Below are positions 44,763-54,783 of a stretch of DNA of 64,000 bases, one piece after another. Origin of the DNA: a virus. Its lineage: Duplodnaviria; Caudoviricetes. Below the pieces are notes generated by a model. The model was given only the letters and a program-made list of their open reading frames with translations, was not told where the DNA came from and did no database searches. The stretch is from the IMG/VR virus record IMGVR_UViG_2833778570_000001, positions 14,239 through 78,238 of that record. One strand, given 5' to 3'. Each line of letters starts with the position of its first letter. The stretch's first letter is position 1. The position numbers and the translations under genes are program-made.

Positions 44763-46318
44763 CACCGGTAGCTCCTCACCTGGAAGGTGGCCGTGCCCTC
44801 GCCGAGCATCAGCTCCGTCAGCGCCCACACCACCGCGTCCATGCGGTTGGGGCTCCAGTCCGACTCACCCGGCACCCACGTCGTCTGCTCGTCCTCCAGG
44901 GCAGCGAGGCGCACCACGTGGTGTGCCATCCCGCGCTCGTAAAGGGCGGCCACCGGTGCCGCGCGCTTCGCCTTGCCGCGCGTGGCCGTCACCACCTTCA
45001 CGGTGACGTGCTTCTTCATCTCGCGCGCCTTGGTGCGGACGTTCGTCTCCACCATGTCGCCGCCATAGTTCTTCTCGCCCACGACGGCGTCCGCGCGCTC
45101 CTTCTCGTAGAGGGCCAACGCCTTCGCCGCCCAGCCCTCCGCGGAGTACTTCCCCGAAGCATCCAGCCACACGTAGGCGTGGCCGTTGCTGGCCTTGCCG
45201 GCGCAGACGATGCCCACCTCGTCGTTGTCGGGCCCGTCGCCACCGGCCGGATCCACCGCCACCACCACGCGCACCATGGGCAACGGCTTGCCCTCGGCGT
45301 CCTTCGGGAGCTCGGCGCGGCTGTTGTCCAGCAGCTCCTGAGTCCACAGCGCGCCCACCGCCGCGGCCTTGAAAGCCTCCTCCACCGTCGCCGGGTACTC
45401 GCGGCGGAAGTCGTGGATGCCCTTCTCGTAGACGGAAATCTTCGCCCGGCGCCAGGCGAGCTGCGCGTCGGCCAGCTCGAAGCCGTGCGCCTCGCGGCAG
45501 AGGGCGGCGTACCGTTCCTCCTCGCTGGTGCGCTCGAAGCCCGGCGGCACCTCGCGCCGGTATTCCTCCTGCCAGAACCACGGGACGAAGATGAGCTCGA
45601 AGTCGTTCTCCCCCTTCTGCGCCGCCATGCACAGGTGGTGGAAGAGGCCCTGGGGCCCGTCGCTGGTGCTCTCCAGAATGACTTCGGTGCCCGGCGCCGT
45701 GGGCACGCCCTCCATGACGCCGCGCATGTGCGTCGCGGCGTTCGGCCAGAAGGCCACCTCACTGCCGTGGAAGTACTGGATGGTGGAGGAGCGGCCCGTC
45801 CCCTTCGCGCCCGCGGTGCCCACTTTGTAGCCGGAGGACAGCTTGTCGAAGAGGAGCTCCTTCGCGTTGGAGGCGCTCGTCGAGGGCTTCACCAGGGCCG
45901 GGACATGGTCGTGGTACCGCTTCGCCATGTCGAAGAGGTTCACCGTCGCCGCGTCCTCGTGCGTGAGGATATAGGCGCGCACGCCCTTCAGGTGGCTCAC
46001 CTTCCAGTAGAAGCGCGCTTCCACGTACGTGCTGCAGCCCTGCTGGCGCCCCTTCAGGACGATGGCGCGCACGAAGCCCCGGCGCTTCAGCTGCGCCTCC
46101 AGCCGCTCGTGGATGTACAACTGCGCGCGGTTGAGCTTCAGCGCCGGCAGCTCCCCGCCCGTCACCTCCTTCGGGCGGATGCGCAGGCACCGCGAGGCGT
46201 AGTGCGGGAAGTCGTCCTTCAGGCGCTGGCGGATCCGCTTCTCGCGCGGGGAGAGAGGCTTGCGGCGCGCCCCTTGGTGGGGCGGCTCGGCCGCACGGCA
46301 ACGGGCGCGGGCGCTCAT
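44762..46318 (-). CDS. terminase large subunit
   Basis: VLKGRQQGCST (Walker A), FHGSEVAFW, LESTSDG, VAVDPA nuclease motif, SPNRMDA. Confidence 0.92.
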   Translation of the reverse strand: MSARARCRAAEPPHQGARRKPLSPREKRIRQRLKDDFPHYASRCLRIRPKEVTGGELPALKLNRAQLYIHERLEAQLKRRGFVRAIVLKGRQQGCSTYVEARFYWKVSHLKGVRAYILTHEDAATVNLFDMAKRYHDHVPALVKPSTSASNAKELLFDKLSSGYKVGTAGAKGTGRSSTIQYFHGSEVAFWPNAATHMRGVMEGVPTAPGTEVILESTSDGPQGLFHHLCMAAQKGENDFELIFVPWFWQEEYRREVPPGFERTSEEERYAALCREAHGFELADAQLAWRRAKISVYEKGIHDFRREYPATVEEAFKAAAVGALWTQELLDNSRAELPKDAEGKPLPMVRVVVAVDPAGGDGPDNDEVGIVCAGKASNGHAYVWLDASGKYSAEGWAAKALALYEKERADAVVGEKNYGGDMVETNVRTKAREMKKHVTVKVVTATRGKAKRAAPVAALYERGMAHHVVRLAALEDEQTTWVPGESDWSPNRMDAVVWALTELMLGEGTATFQVRSYR

Positions 46319-46914
46319 TCCAGCTCCCCCAGCGCGTCCTCGTGGCTGAACTGGACGGTGGTTTCCACCTTGTCGACGAAGAGGCGCAGGTGCTTGCCCA
46401 GCAGCTCCAGCGACTTCGGCTTGTCCCACAGCTTCACCTTGGCCACGGTGCCGATGGCCTCTCCGTCCACGGTGAGCTGCTCCACCTCGATGGAGGAGAT
46501 GGCCCGGCGCAGGTGGGCCGGCATCTCCTTCAGCGGCAGCAGGGCCCCCGTGGGGCTGAAGGCGTCGCCGATGTCCGTCCGGGCGATGAGGAGCAGCTCG
46601 CGCAGGACGTCGTCCGCCTTCACCTCGACGCGCTCGGCCCGGGCGGCCTTCGCGGCATCTACCGCCGCCCGGACCTTGGGATTGCTTAGCAGCTTCGAGG
46701 CCGTCACCTCCGCGGACCGCTCGGAGTAGCCAGCGCGGATGGCGGCCTGCTTCCCGTTGAGGTCGACCAAGTACTCCTGGACGAAGCGCTCCTGGTTCGC
46801 CGTCAGCGCCTGGGCGCGCGACTCACCCGCCGGCGTCTTCCGGCTGCGGCGCGTGCTGAGCTTGCGAGGAGGCGTCCTACCCACGCCGCCGAGTCTCCGG
46901 TGTCGCGTGGACAA
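46315..46914 (-). CDS. terminase small subunit
   Basis: QERFVQEYLVDLNGKQAAIRAGYS..A..LL.NP, KVKLWDKPKSLELLGKHL. Confidence 0.9.
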   Translation of the reverse strand: MSTRHRRLGGVGRTPPRKLSTRRSRKTPAGESRAQALTANQERFVQEYLVDLNGKQAAIRAGYSERSAEVTASKLLSNPKVRAAVDAAKAARAERVEVKADDVLRELLLIARTDIGDAFSPTGALLPLKEMPAHLRRAISSIEVEQLTVDGEAIGTVAKVKLWDKPKSLELLGKHLRLFVDKVETTVQFSHEDALGELE

Positions 46915-46991
46915 CGTCCGGCTTGGGCGCGGGAGGCCGCCCCTTCTTCATGGGCACCGGGGCCTTTCCCCCGGCTCACCACGGAGAAGTC

Positions 46992-47204
46992 ATGCACCTG
47001 CTCTATTGCCCTGCCTGCCGCACCCACCGACCCGCGGACATGCGCCACTGGTGCTCTGGCCTGGAGGAGCTGCGCCAGCGCGCCGAGCGGCTCAGGACCT
47101 GTCCGCACACCTACGCATCCCGGGTCCCGGGCACGCAGAACTGGCACTGCTCGGACTGCGACTACCTCGGCCCGAGCCCCAAGGGGACCCGAGAGCGCGG
47201 CTGA
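46992..47204 (+). CDS. small Cys/His-rich (zinc-binding) protein
   Basis: GGAGAAG RBS; CPAC..C..CPH..HCSDC. Confidence 0.5.
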   Translation: MHLLYCPACRTHRPADMRHWCSGLEELRQRAERLRTCPHTYASRVPGTQNWHCSDCDYLGPSPKGTRERG

Positions 47205-47209
47205 CGCCT

Positions 47210-47587
47210 TCAGCCCTGTCGCTCGAGTTCGTCGCCCCACAGCGCGAGCTGCCCTTCCGGCTCCGACCGCGTCCGCGGGGCGCGAGGGGTCGGCTCTACC
47301 TGGGCTGCCGAGGGCGGCTCCTTCAGGGCGTAGCCCTGGGCCGCCTTCCGGAGCCTGTCCTGGGCACGCGCGAACTCCTCCTCATCCCCGTCGCCCGCCT
47401 CCGCGTAGGCCAGGGCTGCGGCCGTCAGCCTGTCCCAGGGCGTGGCGTAGGGCTCGCGCAGCGGCTCCGACATGGACTGCCCGCGCCGCTGCCGCATGAG
47501 GTGCCCGTGGCAGCGCCGGTGCCTAGGCGCCCGGGGCCGGGTGCAGTCGACTTCGGAGCACTGGTCTGGGGAGCGGCAAGAGGACAT
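47210..47587 (-). CDS. hypothetical phage protein with N-terminal Cys/His cluster
   Basis: C..C..C..CHGH then MSEPLREPYATPW; a degenerate second copy lies at 49480-49674. Confidence 0.55.
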   Translation of the reverse strand: MSSCRSPDQCSEVDCTRPRAPRHRRCHGHLMRQRRGQSMSEPLREPYATPWDRLTAAALAYAEAGDGDEEEFARAQDRLRKAAQGYALKEPPSAAQVEPTPRAPRTRSEPEGQLALWGDELERQG

Positions 47588-47766
47588 GGACGCCCCTACT
47601 GTGCCGCAGCCCCAGGCGACGTGCGAGAGAAGCGGCACTCCACCCTCGCTTTGGGCACCTCCGCCTGGTTCTCCTGCAACTGAATGGCCACGCACTGGTG
47701 GTAACATCCGATGGCTGCGCGTGGACCAGTGCCAGTCCCGCTCTCGAACTCGCCAGGAGGGAAGAC

Positions 47767-48573
47767 ATGAGCGCAATCCAACTCACGACGGACCGCGACT
47801 ACAAAGCTTGGCGCGGCAAGAATACCGTCGGCTTCATCGCGAATATGACGAAGACGCGGCTCGCGTCCTACTATGTCATCCACAACATCAAGTGCACCCT
47901 CATCAAGCCGGGGTCGGCACGCTCAAACGCCCCTGGCGCATTCACCGAACGAGGCTATCTCAAGACGGTGGGACCGACGGTCGAGAGCGTCATCGACTGG
48001 GGGCATCGCGAGGGCTTTCCGTTCACATCGATGCGGCCATGCCAAGGGTGCCTTAAGGGCGCGAAGCTGCCCCTTCCAACTGTCGCATCGCTCTCTCGTC
48101 CTTTCGACCCGGCACGAATGCCGAAGGACTTCACGAAGGGCTCCGAATATGCGTCGCGGGAGGAGACCCTCGCCCTCCGCGAGAAGGCAACAAAAGGCCA
48201 CCACGAACTGCTCGTCAATCTGCATAAAACACTGACGACATCTGACTGGACAGACCTGGACGAAATTCCGACTGCCATTGACCTCTGGGCTCGAAGCCCA
48301 AGGAGCCGAAAGCGCGTCATCTTCGAGGCCAAGACGCTAGGGAGCCAAGTGGACCAAACACGCTCCGGCCTCGCCCAGTTGCTCGAATATCGACACGTCC
48401 ATGGGGCACCCGGGGACGATTTGTGCCTCGTCGTTGATGGACCACTTCGTGAAAAACGAAACGAAATTCTAGCCGCCTCAGACATTTCCGTCCTTTGGCA
48501 TGACGGACATCGATTCCAAGCCTCTGGCAATGCGTCCCGGAGCTGGCTGACAACCCTCATTAACAAGCACTGA
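47767..48573 (+). CDS. PD-(D/E)xK nuclease-domain protein (moron)
   Basis: IDLW..VIFEAKT..Q.R.GLAQLLEY; N-terminal H..C..C..C cluster; lower GC, opposite strand. Confidence 0.7.
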   Translation: MSAIQLTTDRDYKAWRGKNTVGFIANMTKTRLASYYVIHNIKCTLIKPGSARSNAPGAFTERGYLKTVGPTVESVIDWGHREGFPFTSMRPCQGCLKGAKLPLPTVASLSRPFDPARMPKDFTKGSEYASREETLALREKATKGHHELLVNLHKTLTTSDWTDLDEIPTAIDLWARSPRSRKRVIFEAKTLGSQVDQTRSGLAQLLEYRHVHGAPGDDLCLVVDGPLREKRNEILAASDISVLWHDGHRFQASGNASRSWLTTLINKH

Positions 48574-48925
48574 TGACAGACCAGTCCGCACGACCTCCAG
48601 ACAATCCCTGTCCGTGCGGCAGCTCTGCTCCAGATCGGTCAGAGAGTTGCTTCAATCCTCCGTAGGTCAGCCCCGGGAAGCGCTCCAGGACGGCACGGCA
48701 GGTCCTCGCGTTCTCGGTGGCAGGCGCAGGGCGTCCTTGCTCACCGCCCTTCGTCAGCTGCGAATCCGGCAGGCAGGAGACGGCGACGCCATTCCGGTCT
48801 TGAACCACCCAGCACGTGACGCCGCGCTCGTCGTCGTGCCAGACGTGGACTTCGGAGTTGCTGGACGGGCGTCCATCCGGGCACCCCGTGAGACAGAGTG
48901 CGACCAGAGCCAGAGTGGCCTTCAT
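48560..48925 (-). CDS. small phage lipoprotein with C-terminus fused to a relic repeat
   Basis: MKATLALVALCLTGC lipobox; GVTCWV..VSCLP. Confidence 0.55.
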   Translation of the reverse strand: MKATLALVALCLTGCPDGRPSSNSEVHVWHDDERGVTCWVVQDRNGVAVSCLPDSQLTKGGEQGRPAPATENARTCRAVLERFPGLTYGGLKQLSDRSGAELPHGQGLSGGRADWSVISAC

Positions 48926-49176
48926 GTCTCTTCCTGGGGCTCGGGCTTCAGAGGCACCGGCAGCGCGCCCGAGGAGGGCAGCGGGTCCAGGAACTCGATG
49001 CCGTTGCCGTGGAGGACGACGCGCCGCCCGCCCAGGCTCGACACGTCGATCTCCTGCCCCGTGGGCTTCAGGATGATGGTGCTCCACTCGCCGTTGCGGT
49101 GGCGGACGCCCACGAAGTGGGCGAAGTCCACGGTCTCCCAGGGCCTGAGTGAGGCCACGCGCTCGTTGGTCGCCAT
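48922..49176 (-). CDS. hypothetical protein (84 aa)
   Basis: ORF track; coupled to the downstream lipoprotein. Confidence 0.55.
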   Translation of the reverse strand: MATNERVASLRPWETVDFAHFVGVRHRNGEWSTIILKPTGQEIDVSSLGGRRVVLHGNGIEFLDPLPSSGALPVPLKPEPQEET

Positions 49177-49221
49177 CCTCGCAGCGTCACCTGCGGCGTG
49201 GACAGGGTCCGGCGTTGGTCC

Positions 49222-49464
49222 TCATGGACCTGGCTGCGGCGGCTCCATCCCGGAACAGGCCGAGAGCCTCTTCGACCCGGCATAGGCGAGCCCGGGGAAG
49301 CGCTCCAGGACGGCGCTGTGGTGCACCCCTTCGCGGAGCAGCTCCAGCGCCTTCGCCCGCTGCTGGCGCCGGAGCCGCGCGGGCGTCAGCCCCTCCGGCC
49401 GGTCCGGACCGAGGTCTCGCGGATCCGGTCCCTCGTCCCACAATGGTTTGCGGCAGCAGGCCAT
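49222..49464 (-). CDS. hypothetical protein (80 aa), possible HTH-like C-terminus
   Basis: RAKALELLREGVHHSAVLERF; partial paralogue at 48641-48694. Confidence 0.45.
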   Translation of the reverse strand: MACCRKPLWDEGPDPRDLGPDRPEGLTPARLRRQQRAKALELLREGVHHSAVLERFPGLAYAGSKRLSACSGMEPPQPGP

Positions 49465-49803
49465 GCCCCCTCACCGTGCCTAATCCCGGGCCCGTCCGCA
49501 CGGAACGCGCTGACAGCCACGCCGGGGGCGGTCCTGGGCGAGGGAGAACTCCTCCTCGTCTCCGTCGTCCGCCTCCGCGTAGGCCAGGGCCGCAGCCGTC
49601 AGCCGCTCCCAGGGCGTGGCGTAGGGCTCGCGCAGCGGCTCCGACATGGACTGCCCGCGCCGCTGCTTCAGCATTGCATCGCACGCTTCGGCCCCAATAT
49701 CCGAACAGACCCGACCCCTTTCCAGTCAGCCACGCCGCGGAGAGGCCCGCCCCTGGAATGCCCGGAGTGAGGCAAGCGCCGCTGCCTCACTCGCCAAGTT
49801 CTT

Positions 49804-51126
49804 TCACGCCGCCGCCGAGTCGGGCTCCTTCACCACATCAACGATACGTGGGTGATAGCTATCAATCGACCGGCCAATCACGCTCGCGCAACGGCGGAAA
49901 TTCCCCTGCTCACCTTCAATGCTTATTTCCAGAGCAATGCGCGCCGCGAGGTTGTCGTCAATCTGAGGACCAGCCATAGTCAAAACCTGCCGCATGACAT
50001 ACCAGCGATTATGAGACCTGCCCATCTCGGCCGCAGCCAATACGACCGCCGCCTTCGTAGACATATCGCCCTTTGCATACAGACTGAGCATCCGAGCAGC
50101 GACCACGTCGCAGAATGCCCATGTAAATCCAGTTTCTCGCACCCACCGACAATACGCAGCAGCGATGACCCCGCCGAGGCCTGCGTCGCGCTCAATCAAC
50201 GCCCCAAGCTTCGGCTCGTCAAGTGAACTATAAATCGGATCATTCTCACTAGTATTCGTCGACTCCTCCATATGGCGCGCGAAGTCTTCGAGTTGCGCCA
50301 CATCCCATGTGGAGATGGTCTCAAGCAGCTTCAACCATTCCGCTTCCTGAGTCGTTGGAGTGACCGGGGTTGTCGGAGTCTTCAGTACCGTGAAAAGGGC
50401 GGCACGAAGTAGTCCAATATCCTTGAAGCGCTTGTTCGGAGTTTGTTCGGTCGCCTTCTCGATAACCCGACCAACCGGGCCCGGCCCGGTCTGCCTCATA
50501 AATGGCACACGTGGCTTCCCGACAAAGATGTCGTGAAGAATGCACCCCATCGCGTAGATGTCAGCCGTGGCAGTCACCGCCCCAAATTGCTTAGTCTGCT
50601 CAGGGGCCATGTACCCACTGGTTCCCCACGCAGAATCTGTAGACGTAAGCTTCGTAGTGACTGAACTGCTAGGCGGAAGAGCAAGCCCGAAATCAGACAG
50701 CTTCCACTTCCCCTCATGGAGCAGCACATTCTGAGGCTTCAGGTCGCGATGAGTGTAGCCAAGCGAATGCACATGATCGAGTGCGTTCAGAATGTCAGCA
50801 AGAGCATTGGCATTCAGCACACCCGTCGAATGGTCCTCATCAATCTGAACCGAATATGACCTGTCAGCGAGCGGCATCAAGTACGACGGCTCGGCCGAAA
50901 CGAGGTCTGAGTCAATCACAGGAATGACAAAGTCGCCGCCCAGATGAGACTGAATTTTGACTTCGCGGATGAAGCGCTGCCTCGCCTTTGGGATGTCAGC
51001 AGAAGGGATGCCAGGGCTCGGAGCAAAGATTTTACGTGCAACGATGCGTCCATCCTCCAGCTGCACTCGCTCAACACGTCCAAATCCTCCATTCGCAATT
51101 GCATCTATGATCTTAAAATTCAGCAT
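49804..51126 (-). CDS. Hanks-type Ser/Thr protein kinase (moron)
   Basis: GGFGRV, VARK, RFIRE, HRDLKPQN, DFG, GTSGYMAPE, DIYAMG all intact; lower GC; no TM segment. Confidence 0.92.
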   Translation of the reverse strand: MLNFKIIDAIANGGFGRVERVQLEDGRIVARKIFAPSPGIPSADIPKARQRFIREVKIQSHLGGDFVIPVIDSDLVSAEPSYLMPLADRSYSVQIDEDHSTGVLNANALADILNALDHVHSLGYTHRDLKPQNVLLHEGKWKLSDFGLALPPSSSVTTKLTSTDSAWGTSGYMAPEQTKQFGAVTATADIYAMGCILHDIFVGKPRVPFMRQTGPGPVGRVIEKATEQTPNKRFKDIGLLRAALFTVLKTPTTPVTPTTQEAEWLKLLETISTWDVAQLEDFARHMEESTNTSENDPIYSSLDEPKLGALIERDAGLGGVIAAAYCRWVRETGFTWAFCDVVAARMLSLYAKGDMSTKAAVVLAAAEMGRSHNRWYVMRQVLTMAGPQIDDNLAARIALEISIEGEQGNFRRCASVIGRSIDSYHPRIVDVVKEPDSAAA

Positions 51127-51368
51127 CTATCCCCCGGGTAGCGTGCCAAGCAGGCACTCGTTCTCCTGCCTGCTTACACCAACAAGGTCCCCGGGGCAGT
51201 GTAGTCAGACGCCATACCGAGGCGAGGAATGGCGCCGTTTCGATTTGGCTGGGGCTGCTGGCGTACATGTAGGAGAATCTGCGTGCTACCAGCCGCAGTA
51301 TTCCTAGCAGCAAGCGCAGCGAGGATGCAGTCCGCCTCTGCGCCGGTCCCCATCCCCAGGGCGGCACG

Positions 51369-51902
51369 TCAAGGCTTCTTCCCCGGGTAGCTAGCCGGCA
51401 TGGCGAGGGCCGCGAGCCCACGCAGCGGCCGGGACGGGGCCTTCTTCGGCGCCTTCGACTTCCGCTCCCTGGGCGCGCGGGAAGCGACGGCTGCGGGCGG
51501 CACCGGAGGCGGAGGCGGCGCCAGCGCGTCCTGGGCGCGGACGGCTGCGGCGAGCGGATCATCCCCCCAAGAGAGCTCCACAAGGACGGACGGCGCCCCG
51601 TGGGCCTGGGCGTACACCCAGCGCACCAGCGGTGAGGCGTCGTCCAGGCGCAGCTGCCGGGCCACCTCGTCGCGGATGCTCTTCATGGAGATAGGGAGGT
51701 TGTCCCCGCTGTCGAGCGCCCTCGGGGACACGCGCGTGAGGCGCACCACCAGGAGCGCGGGCCCGCTCCAGCCCGGCCACAGTAGGTTGGTGGCATCGCG
51801 CTGCCCCTTCGCGCGGCGGTGGCGCTGCATGTGGTGCTCGCGCCGGTTGGAGGTGTTCACCGTCGCCAGCGGCACTTCGAACGTGATGCGCGCGCATGTC
51901 AT
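51369..51902 (-). CDS. RusA-like Holliday junction resolvase
   Basis: VRLTRVSPRALDSGDNL..SMKSIRD..LRLDD. Confidence 0.75.
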   Translation of the reverse strand: MTCARITFEVPLATVNTSNRREHHMQRHRRAKGQRDATNLLWPGWSGPALLVVRLTRVSPRALDSGDNLPISMKSIRDEVARQLRLDDASPLVRWVYAQAHGAPSVLVELSWGDDPLAAAVRAQDALAPPPPPVPPAAVASRAPRERKSKAPKKAPSRPLRGLAALAMPASYPGKKP

Positions 51903-52083
51903 TGAGCGCTCCAGCAGGACTCGGCCATTGGCTCCACTGACCACGAGAAGGGGGGACTCTCAACTTGGTAAGTTGGGGCTTAGCTGGCCGGCCCTGCTGC
52001 TCCCCCTCCCGCCTCCCTCACGAATAGCGGTGCGGCGGGCGTTCATCGACGCATCCCTGCGGGGCGTCCGGCCCGCTCATGAT

Positions 52084-54648
52084 TCAGCCGCGGCGGTCCA
52101 CCGCGTCGCCCATGGCGAGGATGAACTCGCTAGGCTCCGTCCCGGCCCAGAGGACATGCAGCGAGCGGCGGCAGCGCGAGAGCGCCACCAGGAACAGGCG
52201 CAGGTCGTCCTCGCGTCGCGTTTCCCGGTGCAGTTCACTCTTCACACTGCTGAAGTCCGGCATGCGGTCACGGTCCGCTCCCACCACGATGCAGAGCTCG
52301 AACTGCTGGCCCTTGACTTGCCGCGCCGAGCTGAGGGTGATGGCCTTCTGGGGCGTCCGTCGGCCCTCGCCATCGGGCTGGTGGTGCTGGATACCGTCGG
52401 ACACAAGGAAGGTGCCCACCCGCTCCAGGAGGGCACCGTCGAAGCCGATGACGCCCACATCCCGGGGCTTGCCCCCGCTGTCGAGGTAGCTGCGCACGAG
52501 GTCGCGCACCTGGGCGAACATGACCTGCTCCCCCGCAAACCCGCTGACGATTGGGCGCTCGCCGTTGTTCCCCTCGCTGCCCGTCTGGAAGGCGCCCCAG
52601 TTGTCGACAAGGCCGAGCGTCGGGTAGGCAGTGATGAGCTGGTGAAGGGCGGCGACGATCTGGCGGGTGCTGCGAAAGTTCTGCTCCAGACGAGTGCCCT
52701 GGAAGCGCACGTCGGTGTCGAAGCCAATGTCGCGCAAGCTGGGGTAGCGGGCGTAGACGGCTTGCGCTTGGTCGAAGCACATCATCATCCCCTCGGGCCG
52801 CTTCACCAGGTGGCGCAGGAGCGTGAGCTGGTTGCGGAAGAAGTCCTGCGCCTCGTCGAGGATGAGGTAGTCGAAGCCGTCCTCCGGCTTGCGGTACTGC
52901 TGCCACACCGTCTTGGACACCTCCTTGATGGCGTCGTTCGTCAGGTCGTCCGAGTCCACGAAGCCAAGGCTCCGGAGCGTATCGTTGTAGATGGTCGCAA
53001 TCTCCCAGACGAAGCGTTTGAAGGGCTTCTCCGATGCGGCCAGCCACCAGCCTGCGGGCCGCTTCTCGTTGAGGTAGGTGGTGAGGTCCGCGATGTCCCG
53101 AGCTTTGATGAACTGGCTGATCTCGGTCTCGATTTCCCAGAGCCCGTTCTTGCTGCGGGCGTCGAACTGAGACCAGAGGGACTCGTACTCCCCCCCGGTG
53201 AGTCGGCGCCGCGCCTCGTCGACGGCGAGCTGCAGGGCCGCGTGGCGGTTTGCGTCCCCCTTCTCCGCTCGGTAGGCGGCGAGCGGCTCAATGCCGAGTT
53301 CATCCACCTTCACGAAGCGGGCGCACCAGTCGTGGAGGCTGGTGATTGCGATGTGCTGTGGATGGGAAGGGGCGAGAAAGCGCTCCATGCCCAGCCCGCT
53401 GACCTGCTCTAGCACCTTCACTCCAAGGTCGGGGTTGAAGACCAGGAAGCCGATGCGTGCCCGCTGCCCCTGCTCCTCCGCGCGCCTCGCCACGTAACCT
53501 GCCCGCATGACGGCCGTGAACGTCTTGCCCGTGCCGGGGCCACCCTGCAGGCGGATGGGGGCGTCGCGCTCCGTCTTCACCACTGAAGCCTGCTGCGGGG
53601 TGAGCATGGCGAGCGCGGACTCGAAGCTCTGCCCCAGGGAGGCAGAGCGCCCCGTGGCGCTCATCTGGTAGACCTCGAGTGTCGTCAGGCGCTGCGCACG
53701 CCGACGCGCCTCGGCGATGAGCTTGTGCTGGAAGGCGCGCTCGACAGCTTCGTACTGTCCCTCGGTGAGGTGGTCCATCAGACCGATGAGGTCGTCCTCA
53801 ATGCGCATGCCGAGAACCTGCCGCATGAGGTGCTGGTCAGTAATGCCGAGTTCGCGCAACCGATTGAGGGGGAGCCACCCGTCACGGAGCGGCACCTCGG
53901 GTGGTGGCGTCTCCGTGATTCGCGGCCGGTCCAGTGGCTCAAGCTGCTCGCGCATCCCGTGTGCCGCCTCCTGCAGCTTGCGGTAGCCCGACATCTGCTG
54001 CTCGGGCGGCTGCCGGATTGAGGCAGAACCAGCGTGCGTGGCCCAAGGCTTGGCGTCGAACAGTCCCAGCACCGCCGCGAAGCCCGGTGTCTCCACGAGG
54101 AAGTGGAGGCGGTGGTAGTCGCCCGGTGCGAAGATAGAGTGGATGCTCTTCTCGCGGAGGTACTTGAGGCCTGCCCGCTCGCGCGATGAGTCGATGTTGG
54201 CCACGTCGAGCACACGTCGGAAGAGCGACTCCCAGTCACGGTCGGTAACGAACTCCTCGACGACGTCGCCCGGGAGGATCACGTCGTGCCACGTCTCCTT
54301 CGGTGCCCCGTCGGCGGCGGGCGACACGTCGAAGATGCCCGTCACCCCCGATAGGATGCTGGCCGCACGGAAAAGTCGGCCGGCCACCTCGAAGTCCAGG
54401 CTGCTGCGGTTGATGGGCGGCGGGGTTCGGTCTACGTACGCCATCGCTTCGGCCAATGCAGCGTGCCCCTTCGCCCCCAGCCTTCTCAGCAATCGCTCGC
54501 TCAGCCACACCGTGTTCACGCGTGTCCCCCGCCAGGTGATGTCTTCGCGCGATAGTGCAGGTGCGCCATGGGCAGGGTCAACGCGGTTCACCTCACCTTC
54601 TACCCGCGCCCCTAGGGCTTTCCGTGGCTGGGGGATGCAACGGACCAC
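52084..54648 (-). CDS. UvrD/Rep-like SF1 helicase with long unknown N-terminal region (start may be the GTG at 54591)
   Basis: LQGGPGTGKT, LILDEAQDF, FDQAQAVY, NFRST, VKGQQF, FLVALSR motifs. Confidence 0.88.
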   Translation of the reverse strand: MVRCIPQPRKALGARVEGEVNRVDPAHGAPALSREDITWRGTRVNTVWLSERLLRRLGAKGHAALAEAMAYVDRTPPPINRSSLDFEVAGRLFRAASILSGVTGIFDVSPAADGAPKETWHDVILPGDVVEEFVTDRDWESLFRRVLDVANIDSSRERAGLKYLREKSIHSIFAPGDYHRLHFLVETPGFAAVLGLFDAKPWATHAGSASIRQPPEQQMSGYRKLQEAAHGMREQLEPLDRPRITETPPPEVPLRDGWLPLNRLRELGITDQHLMRQVLGMRIEDDLIGLMDHLTEGQYEAVERAFQHKLIAEARRRAQRLTTLEVYQMSATGRSASLGQSFESALAMLTPQQASVVKTERDAPIRLQGGPGTGKTFTAVMRAGYVARRAEEQGQRARIGFLVFNPDLGVKVLEQVSGLGMERFLAPSHPQHIAITSLHDWCARFVKVDELGIEPLAAYRAEKGDANRHAALQLAVDEARRRLTGGEYESLWSQFDARSKNGLWEIETEISQFIKARDIADLTTYLNEKRPAGWWLAASEKPFKRFVWEIATIYNDTLRSLGFVDSDDLTNDAIKEVSKTVWQQYRKPEDGFDYLILDEAQDFFRNQLTLLRHLVKRPEGMMMCFDQAQAVYARYPSLRDIGFDTDVRFQGTRLEQNFRSTRQIVAALHQLITAYPTLGLVDNWGAFQTGSEGNNGERPIVSGFAGEQVMFAQVRDLVRSYLDSGGKPRDVGVIGFDGALLERVGTFLVSDGIQHHQPDGEGRRTPQKAITLSSARQVKGQQFELCIVVGADRDRMPDFSSVKSELHRETRREDDLRLFLVALSRCRRSLHVLWAGTEPSEFILAMGDAVDRRG

Positions 54649-54783
54649 CGAGCGAAGTCACCCCTCTCCCCACATCTCCCGGGTGGGGCGATTTCCGGGC
54701 CAGCCAGGGCAGACTCGTACAACCAGGACCGGTGCGCGGCAGGTAGTTCAACGTGAGCCCCGAACTGCCGCAGGCCAGCAGAA

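Larger units (their letters stand above)
47378..49666. repeat. 115-bp diverged direct repeat (47378-47492 and 49552-49666), plus a shorter pair (about 48641-48694 and 49261-49314)
   Basis: Both long copies encode QRRGQSMSEPLREPYATPW.RLTAAALAYAEA.DGDEEE; the short pair encodes AVLERFPGL.Y.G.K.LS. Confidence 0.85.
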
